Below are positions 8,179 through 17,078 of a stretch of DNA of 64,000 bases, piece after piece (positions within the stretch are counted from its first letter, which is position 1; the number at the start of each line of letters is the position of its first letter). The position numbers and the translations under genes are program-made. Below the pieces are notes generated by a model. That model was not told where the DNA came from and made no database searches. It was given only the letters and a program-made list of their open reading frames with translations. The DNA is from Firmicutes bacterium UBA5449. GTDB lineage: Bacteria; Bacillota; SHA-98; UBA4971. Where the stretch lies: positions 3,497-67,496 of the forward strand of contig DIQZ01000051.1 in assembly GCA_002424305.1 (NCBI GenBank), given 5' to 3'.

Positions 8179-9183
8179 TCAGTCTTCCCCTTCCGACTCT
8201 ACGCAGACTCCTTGATTACATGCCCTGAGACAACGAACTTGAGCTCGAGCACCTGACTCCTCCAGGTACTTATGAAGATGTGCTTCGATGTTCCAGGCGG
8301 CTTTCTCCCCTTCCACTATCCCATAGACCGTTGGCCCCCACGAACTCTGCCCTGCTCCGGTAGCACCGGAATTCAGAAGCAGTCGAACGATTCCCTCTGC
8401 GGACGGATGACTGTACAATCCCCCTTGCACAGAGGCGAATTGCTTGCCGATAGTCCACTGGATCTCTGTCAACGCTTGCCCAAAAGATTCAACGTTCTTC
8501 TCCAGAAGCGCCGGGAGGAGCTGCATGACAAGAAGTCTGCAAATCAGCCCCACGTCCTCAGGAGGTATGGGAGGTAAAATCTCTAAAGATATGTTTTTCC
8601 GTTTTGCCCTAAATTCAGTGGCGGTTTCGGGTGTGACAACAATGAAGTACCAATCCTCAGGAAACGGATGTCTGAATATGATGGGAGGTGTGCAGAACTC
8701 AGCGTCAGGCCTGTCAAATGTTCTCGGTATTCCGCTGGCAACGACAAAGCCCCCGTATTTGAAGATTCCTAAACATGCGTCGGTCCTATACCCTCGTAAG
8801 GCGATATCGGCTATATCTTCAATCGTATAGTCAATACTGTAAAGGCTTGCGAGAGCTGTTCCCACCGCCAGTCTCAGTTGGACGGATGAGCCGAGGCCGA
8901 CGTGAACCGGAATCGCCTCGTCAATCTGTAGCCGCGCTCCACCTCTTATACCGATCCTTATGAGAAAATCTCGGGCAATAGCCTTGACTCTCCTGCTATC
9001 ATAGCCTTGGACAGTTAATTCATCGGCCTCTTCAGCCAATATGACAATCTTCGGACCTTTAAGGGCCACCCCTATACCCCCATACATGCGCCCCAGAGAA
9101 CCATTGAGGTCAAGCTGTCCTAAGTGCAAGCGGGATGGGGATTCGACCCTTAACATCCAAGTCACCAGCCTTCCATAGTGCAA
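8179..9183 (-). CDS. mptG: GHMP-kinase-family protein, probable beta-ribofuranosylaminobenzene 5'-phosphate synthase (H4MPT biosynthesis)
   Basis: 334 aa. It has an N-terminal SRLHLGQLDLNGSLGR motif and the GHMP motif VGLGSSVQLRLAVGTALA. Size and motifs match the beta-RFAP synthase family. It is co-directional with the EBP and the ftr/fwd operon. Confidence 0.55.
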   Translation of the reverse strand: MHYGRLVTWMLRVESPSRLHLGQLDLNGSLGRMYGGIGVALKGPKIVILAEEADELTVQGYDSRRVKAIARDFLIRIGIRGGARLQIDEAIPVHVGLGSSVQLRLAVGTALASLYSIDYTIEDIADIALRGYRTDACLGIFKYGGFVVASGIPRTFDRPDAEFCTPPIIFRHPFPEDWYFIVVTPETATEFRAKRKNISLEILPPIPPEDVGLICRLLVMQLLPALLEKNVESFGQALTEIQWTIGKQFASVQGGLYSHPSAEGIVRLLLNSGATGAGQSSWGPTVYGIVEGEKAAWNIEAHLHKYLEESGARAQVRCLRACNQGVCVESEGED

Positions 9184-9377
9184 AACTGACGCCTTACATC
9201 TATCCTATAACTCTGACATCAAGGCATGACACGATCAACCTAATTCTTACATAATCGGCATAGGTTGTAAAGCTTCAGGGAAACACGATGTTCTCATGCT
9301 TGACGTAAAAAAACTTGTGTGCTATTCTGTAGATACGCTAATTATGTAGTTTGAACCAAATAATTGTTTGTTCATGT

Positions 9378-9454
9378 GGTAGATGTAGCTCAATGGTGAG
9401 AGCGCTGGACTGTGGCTCCAGAGGTTGCGGGTTCGAGCCCCGTCATCTACCCCA
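9378..9454 (+). tRNA. tRNA-His (anticodon GTG) with encoded G-1
   Basis: Manual fold: an 8-bp acceptor stem including a G-1:C73 pair (GGTAGATG/CATCTACC), a D-stem GCTC/GAGC, an anticodon stem CTGGA/TCCAG with loop CTGTGGC (anticodon GTG), and a T-arm GCGGG-TTCGAGC-CCCGT. The 3' CCA is encoded. Confidence 0.85.
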
Positions 9455-9510
9455 TTTTTATGCCAATATGGAACAGCAAGCAAACACATCACGCTTCAAA
9501 TAATCCTCAA

Positions 9511-10881
9511 TCAATGCGCCTCAGGAACCTTTTCTGTAGATCTGAAGAAACAATAGAACATTGAAGTGCTTATCAAGTAACAAACTGCAGTCATTGAAAA
9601 TGCCAGAGGAAAACCACCCTTGACCTGCAGAATACCGCTGATCAACGGTGCAAGCCCACCCCTGACCAAGCTGTCAAGTACCCCCCTGACACTGTGCAAA
9701 GTCGCACGTTGCTCTTCCCTCACCTGTTCAAGGAAGAAGGTTGTCTCCACAGGCCCACACATGTTCATAAAGGCGTGACGGAAGTAGTATGAGGCCACAA
9801 CTGCCGGGAGATTCAACGAATGAGCAAGGGTAAGAAGGAACGGTATGGACGCAAGTCGAGTGACTGCTATTAGCTTCACTTTTCCAAACCTCTTAGCTAA
9901 GAGAGGCGCAGCTAACGTCACAACGCCGCTGACAATTCCTGAAAACGCGAAAATAGCGCCGATAGGTGCAGTGGACAGATTGAATCTCAAACTAAAGAAT
10001 AACTGAAAAAACGGAACCATTGCGCCTGCACCCAAAGCAGTCACTATGGTCGGCAAAAGGACCTTTGCAAAGACAAAGATATCTTCCTTATCCTGGGGCA
10101 ACGCCATGATAAGAGACGAATACGAAGCCTGCCTCGATGCACCTCTACGCTCCTCCTTCAACAGAGTGAGCGGAACTATCGATATTACAATGAATAATAC
10201 AGACATGAAAAGAGCGACTCGAAGAGGCAAGATATCTTTAGGCGACACGGACACAATCCTACCGACAACTTGTGGAACCAGGCCTCCCATGATGCTCCCC
10301 AAGAAAGCAGAACCCATTTGCAGAGCAGAGTTTACTGAAAAGAGAAAGACCCTGTCATTGTCGTCGCTGTAGCGCATCAGGAGCGGAACTCCCACAGCCC
10401 AAATAAAAGTAGCGCCTATCCCGTCAAGAAGACGAAAGATCAAAAGCAACATCTTGGAATTCACTAACGGGATTCCAAGGAGTCCGACAATACTTAAGAT
10501 TCTACCGATAATAGCAGGCTTCTTGTACCCTGCTCGGTTTACGGCAAAAGACGCAGGTAGCGCAAACAACAGCATCGCGAGAGAAGGTATTCCGTTCAAA
10601 TATCCAATAAAGTCCTGATGATACCCTAATTCATAGACGTAGAGATTGAAAGCCACCTGAAAAATGGAACGGGCAATGGCTGCCGTAAAGCCACATAAGA
10701 GATAGTGCTTAGCATTGGGGTGAAATTCCCTGACCCCTCTGAGATACCTATGCACCAGAGATTCGCTACGTAAGATTGCTTCATGAGATACAGGTTTACC
10801 TTTCATATCAAATGAGTATTCTACTTTTAAGCTGGGTTTCCCTTCAGATCCCCCATTCTGAACATAATCCTGCCAATCCAA
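9511..10881 (-). CDS. MFS-type transporter (multi-pass membrane protein)
   Basis: 456 aa, highly hydrophobic with about 12 predicted transmembrane segments. The architecture is typical of MFS transporters. Confidence 0.55.
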   Translation of the reverse strand: MDWQDYVQNGGSEGKPSLKVEYSFDMKGKPVSHEAILRSESLVHRYLRGVREFHPNAKHYLLCGFTAAIARSIFQVAFNLYVYELGYHQDFIGYLNGIPSLAMLLFALPASFAVNRAGYKKPAIIGRILSIVGLLGIPLVNSKMLLLIFRLLDGIGATFIWAVGVPLLMRYSDDNDRVFLFSVNSALQMGSAFLGSIMGGLVPQVVGRIVSVSPKDILPLRVALFMSVLFIVISIVPLTLLKEERRGASRQASYSSLIMALPQDKEDIFVFAKVLLPTIVTALGAGAMVPFFQLFFSLRFNLSTAPIGAIFAFSGIVSGVVTLAAPLLAKRFGKVKLIAVTRLASIPFLLTLAHSLNLPAVVASYYFRHAFMNMCGPVETTFFLEQVREEQRATLHSVRGVLDSLVRGGLAPLISGILQVKGGFPLAFSMTAVCYLISTSMFYCFFRSTEKVPEAH

Positions 10882-10903
10882 GTCAATTCCATTAATGGAA
10901 GGA

Positions 10904-10927
10904 AGGGAGCCTTATTGCCGGCTCCCT
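10904..10927 (-). terminator. Candidate terminator hairpin downstream of the permease gene
   Basis: AGGGAGCC-ttattgcc-GGCTCCCT forms an 8-bp stem. The downstream tract on the minus strand is only moderately T-rich. Confidence 0.2.
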
Positions 10928-10985
10928 GTCAGTCAGATAATATTCTATGAAGGCAAAAGCAAATCAGGAAGAAGAAAGAGTGTGT

Positions 10986-12224
10986 TTACGACTGGGTTTT
11001 CGGAAGAATCTGGTTGAGAATTATACCGAGTATGGCTGCAAGGCCCATACCGCCAAGCTGGGCGTTGCCCCATAGTGTGATAATTGCACCGCCGATACCG
11101 ACAACCAAAATGACACTTGCAACAAGTAAGTTTCTGGAATCCTTCAGGTCGACTTGGTTCTCCACCATAGTCCTTACGCCAATAGCTGCGATCATACCGA
11201 AAAGCACAATGGAGATTCCTCCAATAACCGGAGCAGGAATAGTTCTGATAATCGCGCCAAGTTTTCCCACAAATGCCATAATTACGGCTATCACTGCAGC
11301 TATCCTCATTACCTCAGGTTTCCACACTTTTGTCAGAGCTAATACACCGGTATTTTCGGAATAGGTAGTGTTGGCAGGTCCGCCAAGCAAACCTGCAAGT
11401 GATGTGGCAAAGCCGTCTCCGAAGAGGGTTCTTGTCAGGCCCGGGTCTTCTATGAAGTCATCTTCAACTGTTGCGCCTACTGCCAGAATATCCCCTACGT
11501 GTTCCACCATGCTAGCAAAGGCTGCGGGAGCTATAAGCCCGATAGCGGCTGCATCAAAAACCGGCAATGTAAATTGAGGTATTCGTATCCACGCTGCTTG
11601 CACCACCGGAGTCGTATCCACTATGCCTGCAAACAGACACATGATATAACCAACAACAATCCCGGAGATAACCGGTAGTAGCCTGAGGAAGCCTTTGACA
11701 TACAGACTGACAAAAGCAACTGTGGCAAGAACGATGAGCGCTATCGGCCAGTTCTGACTGGCGCTCTCGATAGCAACCGGGGCAAGGTTTAACCCTATGA
11801 CCATAATAATCGGTCCCGTGACCACAGGTGGGAGTATCCGTTGCATAAACTCAGTACCAAGAAAATGAATAAGAATTCCGAAAACAAGGTAAAGCAAGCC
11901 GGCTACAATGATTCCGCCCTGAGCTGCGGGAATTCCCATGTCTGTAACTACCATGGCCACCGGCGCAATAAACGCGAATGACGATCCTAAAAATACCGGA
12001 ACTCTTCCTTTAGTAACCAAATGAAACCATAGAGTGCCGATTCCTGCTGTGAACAAAGCTACATTTACATCAAGGCCGGTTAGGAGCGGAACAAGAATTG
12101 TAGCACCAAACATTGTAAACGCATGCTGGAGACCGAGTACGAGTAATTGGTATGTAGGCAGATAATCTCCAGGCCTAATCGGCCCCACAACCCTGCCCTT
12201 AACCGTCCCTTTACTACTAGCCAA
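10986..12224 (-). CDS. NCS2-family nucleobase permease (uracil/xanthine permease-like)
   Basis: 412 aa. The N-terminus YQLLVLGLQHAFTMFGATILVPLLTGL and overall pattern match UraA/PbuX-type NCS2 transporters. Confidence 0.8.
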   Translation of the reverse strand: MASSKGTVKGRVVGPIRPGDYLPTYQLLVLGLQHAFTMFGATILVPLLTGLDVNVALFTAGIGTLWFHLVTKGRVPVFLGSSFAFIAPVAMVVTDMGIPAAQGGIIVAGLLYLVFGILIHFLGTEFMQRILPPVVTGPIIMVIGLNLAPVAIESASQNWPIALIVLATVAFVSLYVKGFLRLLPVISGIVVGYIMCLFAGIVDTTPVVQAAWIRIPQFTLPVFDAAAIGLIAPAAFASMVEHVGDILAVGATVEDDFIEDPGLTRTLFGDGFATSLAGLLGGPANTTYSENTGVLALTKVWKPEVMRIAAVIAVIMAFVGKLGAIIRTIPAPVIGGISIVLFGMIAAIGVRTMVENQVDLKDSRNLLVASVILVVGIGGAIITLWGNAQLGGMGLAAILGIILNQILPKTQS

Positions 12225-12495
12225 CGTTTTTCCCCCTTTCGTGCTCTTTCGCTAGCTCAACGACGAGCAGTTAGCGAACGGATGCACGCTGCGGTCCGTC
12301 TTCTTTAGGACCTCTGCAAAATTGAATGGTACCTCACTTAGTGCATAAGCTGCAATAACGATTCTACAACTAACATAAGATGGATTCAAGGGTAACATGT
12401 TCTCATATTGTCAGATAGATTGCAGATTGCTTCTATATAGAATTAATCCATTTTTGGGGGGCATTCTTACCTACGTAATAAGGTAGCACATCACA

Positions 12496-13881
12496 TCATA
12501 TATGTATCGACTTTCCGTGCACAGCCTCAGCCGCCTCAACCAGTGCTTCTGCAAGCGTAGGATGGGCGTGTATTGTATTTGTGAACTCACGTACTGTCAT
12601 CTGAGTTCGAACTGCAGCTGTAGGCTCGGGAATAAGCTCAGTTACGCTTGGCCCCACCATATGAACACCAAGTATTACATCACTGCTTGCATCAGCGATG
12701 ACCTTGACAAAGCCATCAGTTTGGCCCATAGCCAAAGCCTTACCGCTTGCCATGAAAGGGAACTTACCAATCTTCACCTCAAGACCCTGTTCTTTGGCCT
12801 GACCTTCATTTAGCCCGACACCGGCTACCTCAGGCCTGGTAAATATGGCACTGGGAACAGCACTATAATCCATACAGCGCTTGTCGCCTGCAATATTATG
12901 GGCAGCCACAATCCCTTCTGCAGACGCGACATGCGCAAGCATAATATTGCCTACTGCATCACCGATAGCATATATGTTAGGGATATTTGTGACCATTTCC
13001 TCATTAACCACTATCTCGCCGCGCTCATTGACCTCAACCCCCAACTCTTCCAAGCCAATTCCTTCGGAGTTGGCTCTTCGGCCAACAGATAGGAGGGCTT
13101 TCTTTGCAACAAGCTGTTCGCCTGAGTCAAGAATAGCCGTAATCTCTCTGTTATTCTCTTCAATTCTCTCGATTTTCACACCGCATTTGACGTTAACCCC
13201 ATGCTTTCTAAGGGAAGCTTGAATTGTTTTTGAGATATCCGGGTCTTCCATAGGAAGCACAGTGGGCATAATATCCACAACCGTCACCTTGCTGCCAAGG
13301 CAAGTAAAGATGAAAGCTAACTCACATCCGATAACACCACCACCAACAACAAGAAGACTTTCAGGCACTTCCTCTAAATCCAAGGCTTCACTGCTGGTAA
13401 TAACAGTATCCCCGTTGTAACCGAATGCCGGAAATACCAGTGGCCTTGAACCGGTGGCAATGATTATGTTCTCGGCCCTTATATCATCAAAGCCTTCTTC
13501 TAAGTCTACCGTGATTCTCCCCGGAGCCACAAGCCTGCCTGTTCCTTTCACAACCTTAATTTTGCCTCTCTTGAGGAGAAATTTCACACCTGCTCTCAGA
13601 CGGGAGACTATCTTGTTCTTCCGTGCGATCATCTTAGCAAAATTCGCAGATACATGAGGAGCTTCTACCCCAAACTCCTCCAAACGTTGTGCCAGCATAA
13701 ATGCTTCCATGCCGGCAACCAGAGACTTAGTGGGGATACAGCCTCTGTTTAGGCATGTCCCACCAAGTAGGTCTTTCTCAACAAGGCACACACTCTTTCC
13801 TAGTTGAGCAGCTCTAATAGCAGCAACGTATCCTCCCGGCCCTCCTCCAAGCACTGCAACGTCAAACTCAAACACAAACAT
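12496..13881 (-). CDS. lpdA: Dihydrolipoyl dehydrogenase
   Basis: 461 aa. It has the FAD motif GGGPGGYVAAIRAAQLG, a redox-active disulfide region GGTCLNRGCIPTK, and a C-terminal HAHPTLAE dimerization motif. Confidence 0.9.
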   Translation of the reverse strand: MFVFEFDVAVLGGGPGGYVAAIRAAQLGKSVCLVEKDLLGGTCLNRGCIPTKSLVAGMEAFMLAQRLEEFGVEAPHVSANFAKMIARKNKIVSRLRAGVKFLLKRGKIKVVKGTGRLVAPGRITVDLEEGFDDIRAENIIIATGSRPLVFPAFGYNGDTVITSSEALDLEEVPESLLVVGGGVIGCELAFIFTCLGSKVTVVDIMPTVLPMEDPDISKTIQASLRKHGVNVKCGVKIERIEENNREITAILDSGEQLVAKKALLSVGRRANSEGIGLEELGVEVNERGEIVVNEEMVTNIPNIYAIGDAVGNIMLAHVASAEGIVAAHNIAGDKRCMDYSAVPSAIFTRPEVAGVGLNEGQAKEQGLEVKIGKFPFMASGKALAMGQTDGFVKVIADASSDVILGVHMVGPSVTELIPEPTAAVRTQMTVREFTNTIHAHPTLAEALVEAAEAVHGKSIHI

Positions 13882-13932
13882 ACACTCCTTCTTGCTCTTC
13901 GTCTGTTCCTGGTAGTCCGGCTCCGAATTTAG

Positions 13933-15081
13933 CTACATCTCAGGCAGATAGACGCGGGGAACTCGCTTACTTATCCCACAGAGGACTTCATGGGTTACAG
14001 TGCCAAGTTTCTCTGCAACTTCTTCTGCGACAATCTCTTCCGCACCTTGCTTACCGATGGCAACAACCTCATCCTCCATATCCAATTCCAAGTCACCTGC
14101 ACACACCATGCATTCATCCATACATACTCGTCCAACCACCGGAAGTTTCATCCCTCTGATAAGCACTTCCCCTTGGTTGGAAAGACCTCGCGGAAAACCG
14201 TCCGCATAGCCGATTGGCAACGTTGCAATGATACAGTCTCTTTCCGTGACGTACGTGGCACCATAACCTATTGGAGTGCCTGCTTGACATCGCTTCACAA
14301 AAACAACCCTTGTCCTAAAGGACAGAGCGGGCATAATACCTAGTTCCGCTCTAATCTTCCCGGCTCTTTCACCATAAAGCGGAGTCAACCCATACATAAG
14401 AATCCCGGGTCTCACAATATCAAACCTAGCCTCAGGGACAGTTACTGCGGCTATGCTGTTAGCTGCATGATAATACTGTGCCTCAATACCATTACTGCTA
14501 AGAGCCTCAATTGCATCATTGAACAGGGAAAGTTGCTGATTGAGAAATGTCCTGTCCTCGTCTTCCGCAGTAGCCAGGTGTGTGAAGATGCCTTCAATCT
14601 CAATGTTGGGAAGCATGGCAATATGCCTCACAAAACTTACTATCTGACTTGGGTATAAGCCTATGCGCCCCATACCGGTATCAACCTTCACATGACACTT
14701 AGCTTTTTTCCCTTCTTTTACGGCAGCATTGGACAGAGCCTCAGCGAACTCATAGGTTGCCACTGCGCAGGATAGATTGTAACGCAGAGCTGCCTGCGCC
14801 TGAGCAGGAAATAGCTGGGCAAGAACTAGAATTGGAGCAATAATCCCGGATCTTCTGAGAGCTATGCCTTCCTCAACCAACGCAACTCCCAGCCAAGTTG
14901 CTCCATTATTCAGGGCCGTGCGTGCTACAGGTATCGCCCCATGACCATAGGCGTCTGCCTTCACCACTCCGAGGATCTCACGACCCTGTCCTACGAGCTT
15001 ACGGATGGCCTGTATGTTGCGGGCTATACATGCAAGATCAATTTCAGCTACGGTGGGTCTATCTCGACGACCATCCCACAT
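13933..15081 (-). CDS. alr: Alanine racemase
   Basis: 382 aa. It has the PLP-lysine motif VVKADAYGHGA and the overall Alr pattern. Confidence 0.9.
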   Translation of the reverse strand: MWDGRRDRPTVAEIDLACIARNIQAIRKLVGQGREILGVVKADAYGHGAIPVARTALNNGATWLGVALVEEGIALRRSGIIAPILVLAQLFPAQAQAALRYNLSCAVATYEFAEALSNAAVKEGKKAKCHVKVDTGMGRIGLYPSQIVSFVRHIAMLPNIEIEGIFTHLATAEDEDRTFLNQQLSLFNDAIEALSSNGIEAQYYHAANSIAAVTVPEARFDIVRPGILMYGLTPLYGERAGKIRAELGIMPALSFRTRVVFVKRCQAGTPIGYGATYVTERDCIIATLPIGYADGFPRGLSNQGEVLIRGMKLPVVGRVCMDECMVCAGDLELDMEDEVVAIGKQGAEEIVAEEVAEKLGTVTHEVLCGISKRVPRVYLPEM

Positions 15082-16609
15082 GTCTCTCGCCTCTTTCCAC
15101 TGTCAGTCTATGTAAGGCCTCCGGTACGCTCTCCAGGATATCCGTTGCGGTAACACTCATCTCGCCCAATCTTGCTGCCGCAATATCACCGGCAAGTCCG
15201 TGCATATAAACACCTAACACAGCTGATTCCAAAGATCCTATACCTTGGGCTAAAAGCCCGGCAATAACCCCGGTGAGCACGTCCCCGCTGCCTGCGGTCG
15301 CCATTCCGGGATTACCTGTTGGGTTAACGTAAGCTATTCCCGACGGATCGGCAATTATTGTCCGAGCCCCTTTTAGAACCATAATCTTTCCCCAGTGAGA
15401 CGCTGCTCGACGAGCCACATTAAGTCTGTCGCGCTTGACCTCTTGGATAGAAAGGCCTGTCAGCCTCGCCATTTCGCCGGGATGAGGAGTAAGCACAATT
15501 GGTGCCTTCGTTGTCTTTAAAGTGCCTGGATCCTGGGCGATAGCATTAATCCCATCAGCATCTAACACAATCGGAACAGAAGTTGTCATAACCATGTTCC
15601 TTACCAACTGAGCGGTTTCACTGTGAGTGGACAACCCGGGTCCGATAGCTAATGCAGCAGCGCCACGAGTAATGCCGTCTATTAAGGGTTGAGCTTGCAA
15701 ACTTATGCTTCCTGATTCTGTTTCAGGAAGTCCGCGAGTCATGACTTCAGTAAGTTTTGAGTTCATGACACCATGTAAGCCAAGAGGCACACCAAGAGTT
15801 ACCAGACCTGCACCTACTTTCAAGACTGCGGTGCTTGTGAGAGCAGCAGCGCCTGCCATATTAGGTGAGCCGGCAATCACAAAGGCCTTTCCAAAAACCC
15901 CTTTATGGGAATCTTCATCGCGCACAGGGATCCAATGTCTGACATTGTCAGCCACAGAAAGATTCAACTTAAGGCCTTCATCAACCAAAAAAGATCTGGG
16001 AAGACCAATATCAGCAACGGTTAATTCGCCTACGTAACCTGCACCCGGATAAAGAAGGAGCCCTACCTTAGGAAGGCCGAACGTCACTGTATGGGTAGCA
16101 TTGATACAACTGGAGCTGACCCTGCCTGTGGTGGAATCCAGTCCTGAAGGAACGTCAACTGCAACAATAGGCCGTCCGGACTCATTGATAGTATCAATAA
16201 CATGACTGATATATCCTTCAACTTCTCCCTTGAATCCGGTTCCAAATACAGCATCGACTACTAAATCCGACATGGACATTGCCACCCTGGCAGTGGGAAG
16301 TCCGTCTGCATATAATTCTTCTGCTTCTATTCCCATACACGCGAGGATATCCATGTTGATTCTGGCGTCACCTTGTACTTGGTCAGCATTACCGAGAAGA
16401 AACATTTTTACTCTCACCTGCGAGTTTGCCAGGTGTCTGGCAACTACAAACCCATCCCCTCCGTTGTTACCCTTACCGGCAAATATGCATACACGCGGAC
16501 CTACCACATCCTCCAGGAGCTTCTTTACAGTGTCAGCCACAGCTCGCCCTGCATTCTCCATCAGGACAACACCGGGAATACCTACTACTTCAATAGCGCT
16601 TCTGTCTAT
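15059..16609 (-). CDS. nnr: Bifunctional NAD(P)H-hydrate repair enzyme (epimerase/dehydratase, YjeF family)
   Basis: It has a YjeF N-terminal segment (EEMREIDRSAIE...LMENAGRAV) and a C-terminal carbohydrate-kinase-like domain (GPGLS, GSGDVLTG). The track ORF extends to 16816 but would overlap acpS. The ATG at 16609..16607 (MREID...) lies just downstream of the acpS stop and is the likely start; a TTG at 16633 is an alternative. Confidence 0.75.
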   Translation of the reverse strand: MDRSAIEVVGIPGVVLMENAGRAVADTVKKLLEDVVGPRVCIFAGKGNNGGDGFVVARHLANSQVRVKMFLLGNADQVQGDARINMDILACMGIEAEELYADGLPTARVAMSMSDLVVDAVFGTGFKGEVEGYISHVIDTINESGRPIVAVDVPSGLDSTTGRVSSSCINATHTVTFGLPKVGLLLYPGAGYVGELTVADIGLPRSFLVDEGLKLNLSVADNVRHWIPVRDEDSHKGVFGKAFVIAGSPNMAGAAALTSTAVLKVGAGLVTLGVPLGLHGVMNSKLTEVMTRGLPETESGSISLQAQPLIDGITRGAAALAIGPGLSTHSETAQLVRNMVMTTSVPIVLDADGINAIAQDPGTLKTTKAPIVLTPHPGEMARLTGLSIQEVKRDRLNVARRAASHWGKIMVLKGARTIIADPSGIAYVNPTGNPGMATAGSGDVLTGVIAGLLAQGIGSLESAVLGVYMHGLAGDIAAARLGEMSVTATDILESVPEALHRLTVERGERHVGWSSR

Positions 16610-16622
16610 TTCTCGCATCTCT

Positions 16623-17078
16623 TCAGCAGTTACGACTTTCAAGACTTCCACCTCCGATGGCAACTGCAAAGGCCATGGCAAGAGCGTCGGTATGGGATAT
16701 GCTGACAAGAACAGCCTTAACACCTCGCCCCTTAGCAAGTTCTTCAGCCCGGCCGAGCAAGCGTACATAAGGTTTTCCGGAAGGTTCGTTACGAATCTCG
16801 ATCTCATTCCACCCAATTCCGGATATTCCCTGCCCTAACGCTTTAGCTACAGCCTCCTTCGCCGCAAATCTACCGGCTAGTTTGTCATAACGTCCTCCCG
16901 TTGCAACATCCATCTCAATATCTGTAAATACCCGCCCATGGAGCCTGTCACCTTTACGCTCCATCAGGTCACGAATTCTACTTACCTCGATAATATCGAC
17001 ACCGATACCAATTACTTGACCCTCACAGTCTGTCAAATCCGGAAATCCCTCCACGAAAGGCCTGTCAGACTGCCCCAT
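16623..17078 (-). CDS. acpS: Holo-[acyl-carrier-protein] synthase
   Basis: It has the GIGVDIIEVSRI motif. Its start overlaps the glmM stop as TAATG. It may carry a short N-terminal extension relative to the canonical AcpS. Confidence 0.8.
   Translation of the reverse strand: MGQSDRPFVEGFPDLTDCEGQVIGIGVDIIEVSRIRDLMERKGDRLHGRVFTDIEMDVATGGRYDKLAGRFAAKEAVAKALGQGISGIGWNEIEIRNEPSGKPYVRLLGRAEELAKGRGVKAVLVSISHTDALAMAFAVAIGGGSLESRNC

Noticed and set aside
9184-9510. tRNA-His as an integration hotspot for a genomic island or prophage
   Set aside because: There is no integrase, no direct repeat of the tRNA 3' end, and no phage genes on either side. The flanking genes are metabolic or transporter genes.
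12225-12495. Purine riboswitch or PyrR attenuator upstream of the uracil/xanthine permease
   Set aside because: The conserved cores (UAUA/GUUUCUACC, or ARUCCAGAGAGGYU) were not found by eye. Only a generic hairpin is present, and it is reported instead as an unclassified leader.
16230-16838. 202-aa ORF on the plus strand, plus other long antisense ORFs: 20366..21004, 32432..33016, 47238..47792 and 42188..42727
   Set aside because: All lie entirely inside well-supported minus-strand genes (nnr, apgM, uvrA, DUF2993/prfB, tkt). They have low-complexity or Ser/Pro/Arg-rich composition typical of shadow ORFs, and none has a plausible RBS or family match.
16623-17078. AcpS start at an internal codon (protein about 26 aa longer than typical)
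   Set aside because: The ATG at 17078 overlaps the glmM stop as TAATG, a classic coupling arrangement. It is kept as the start, though an internal start cannot be excluded.
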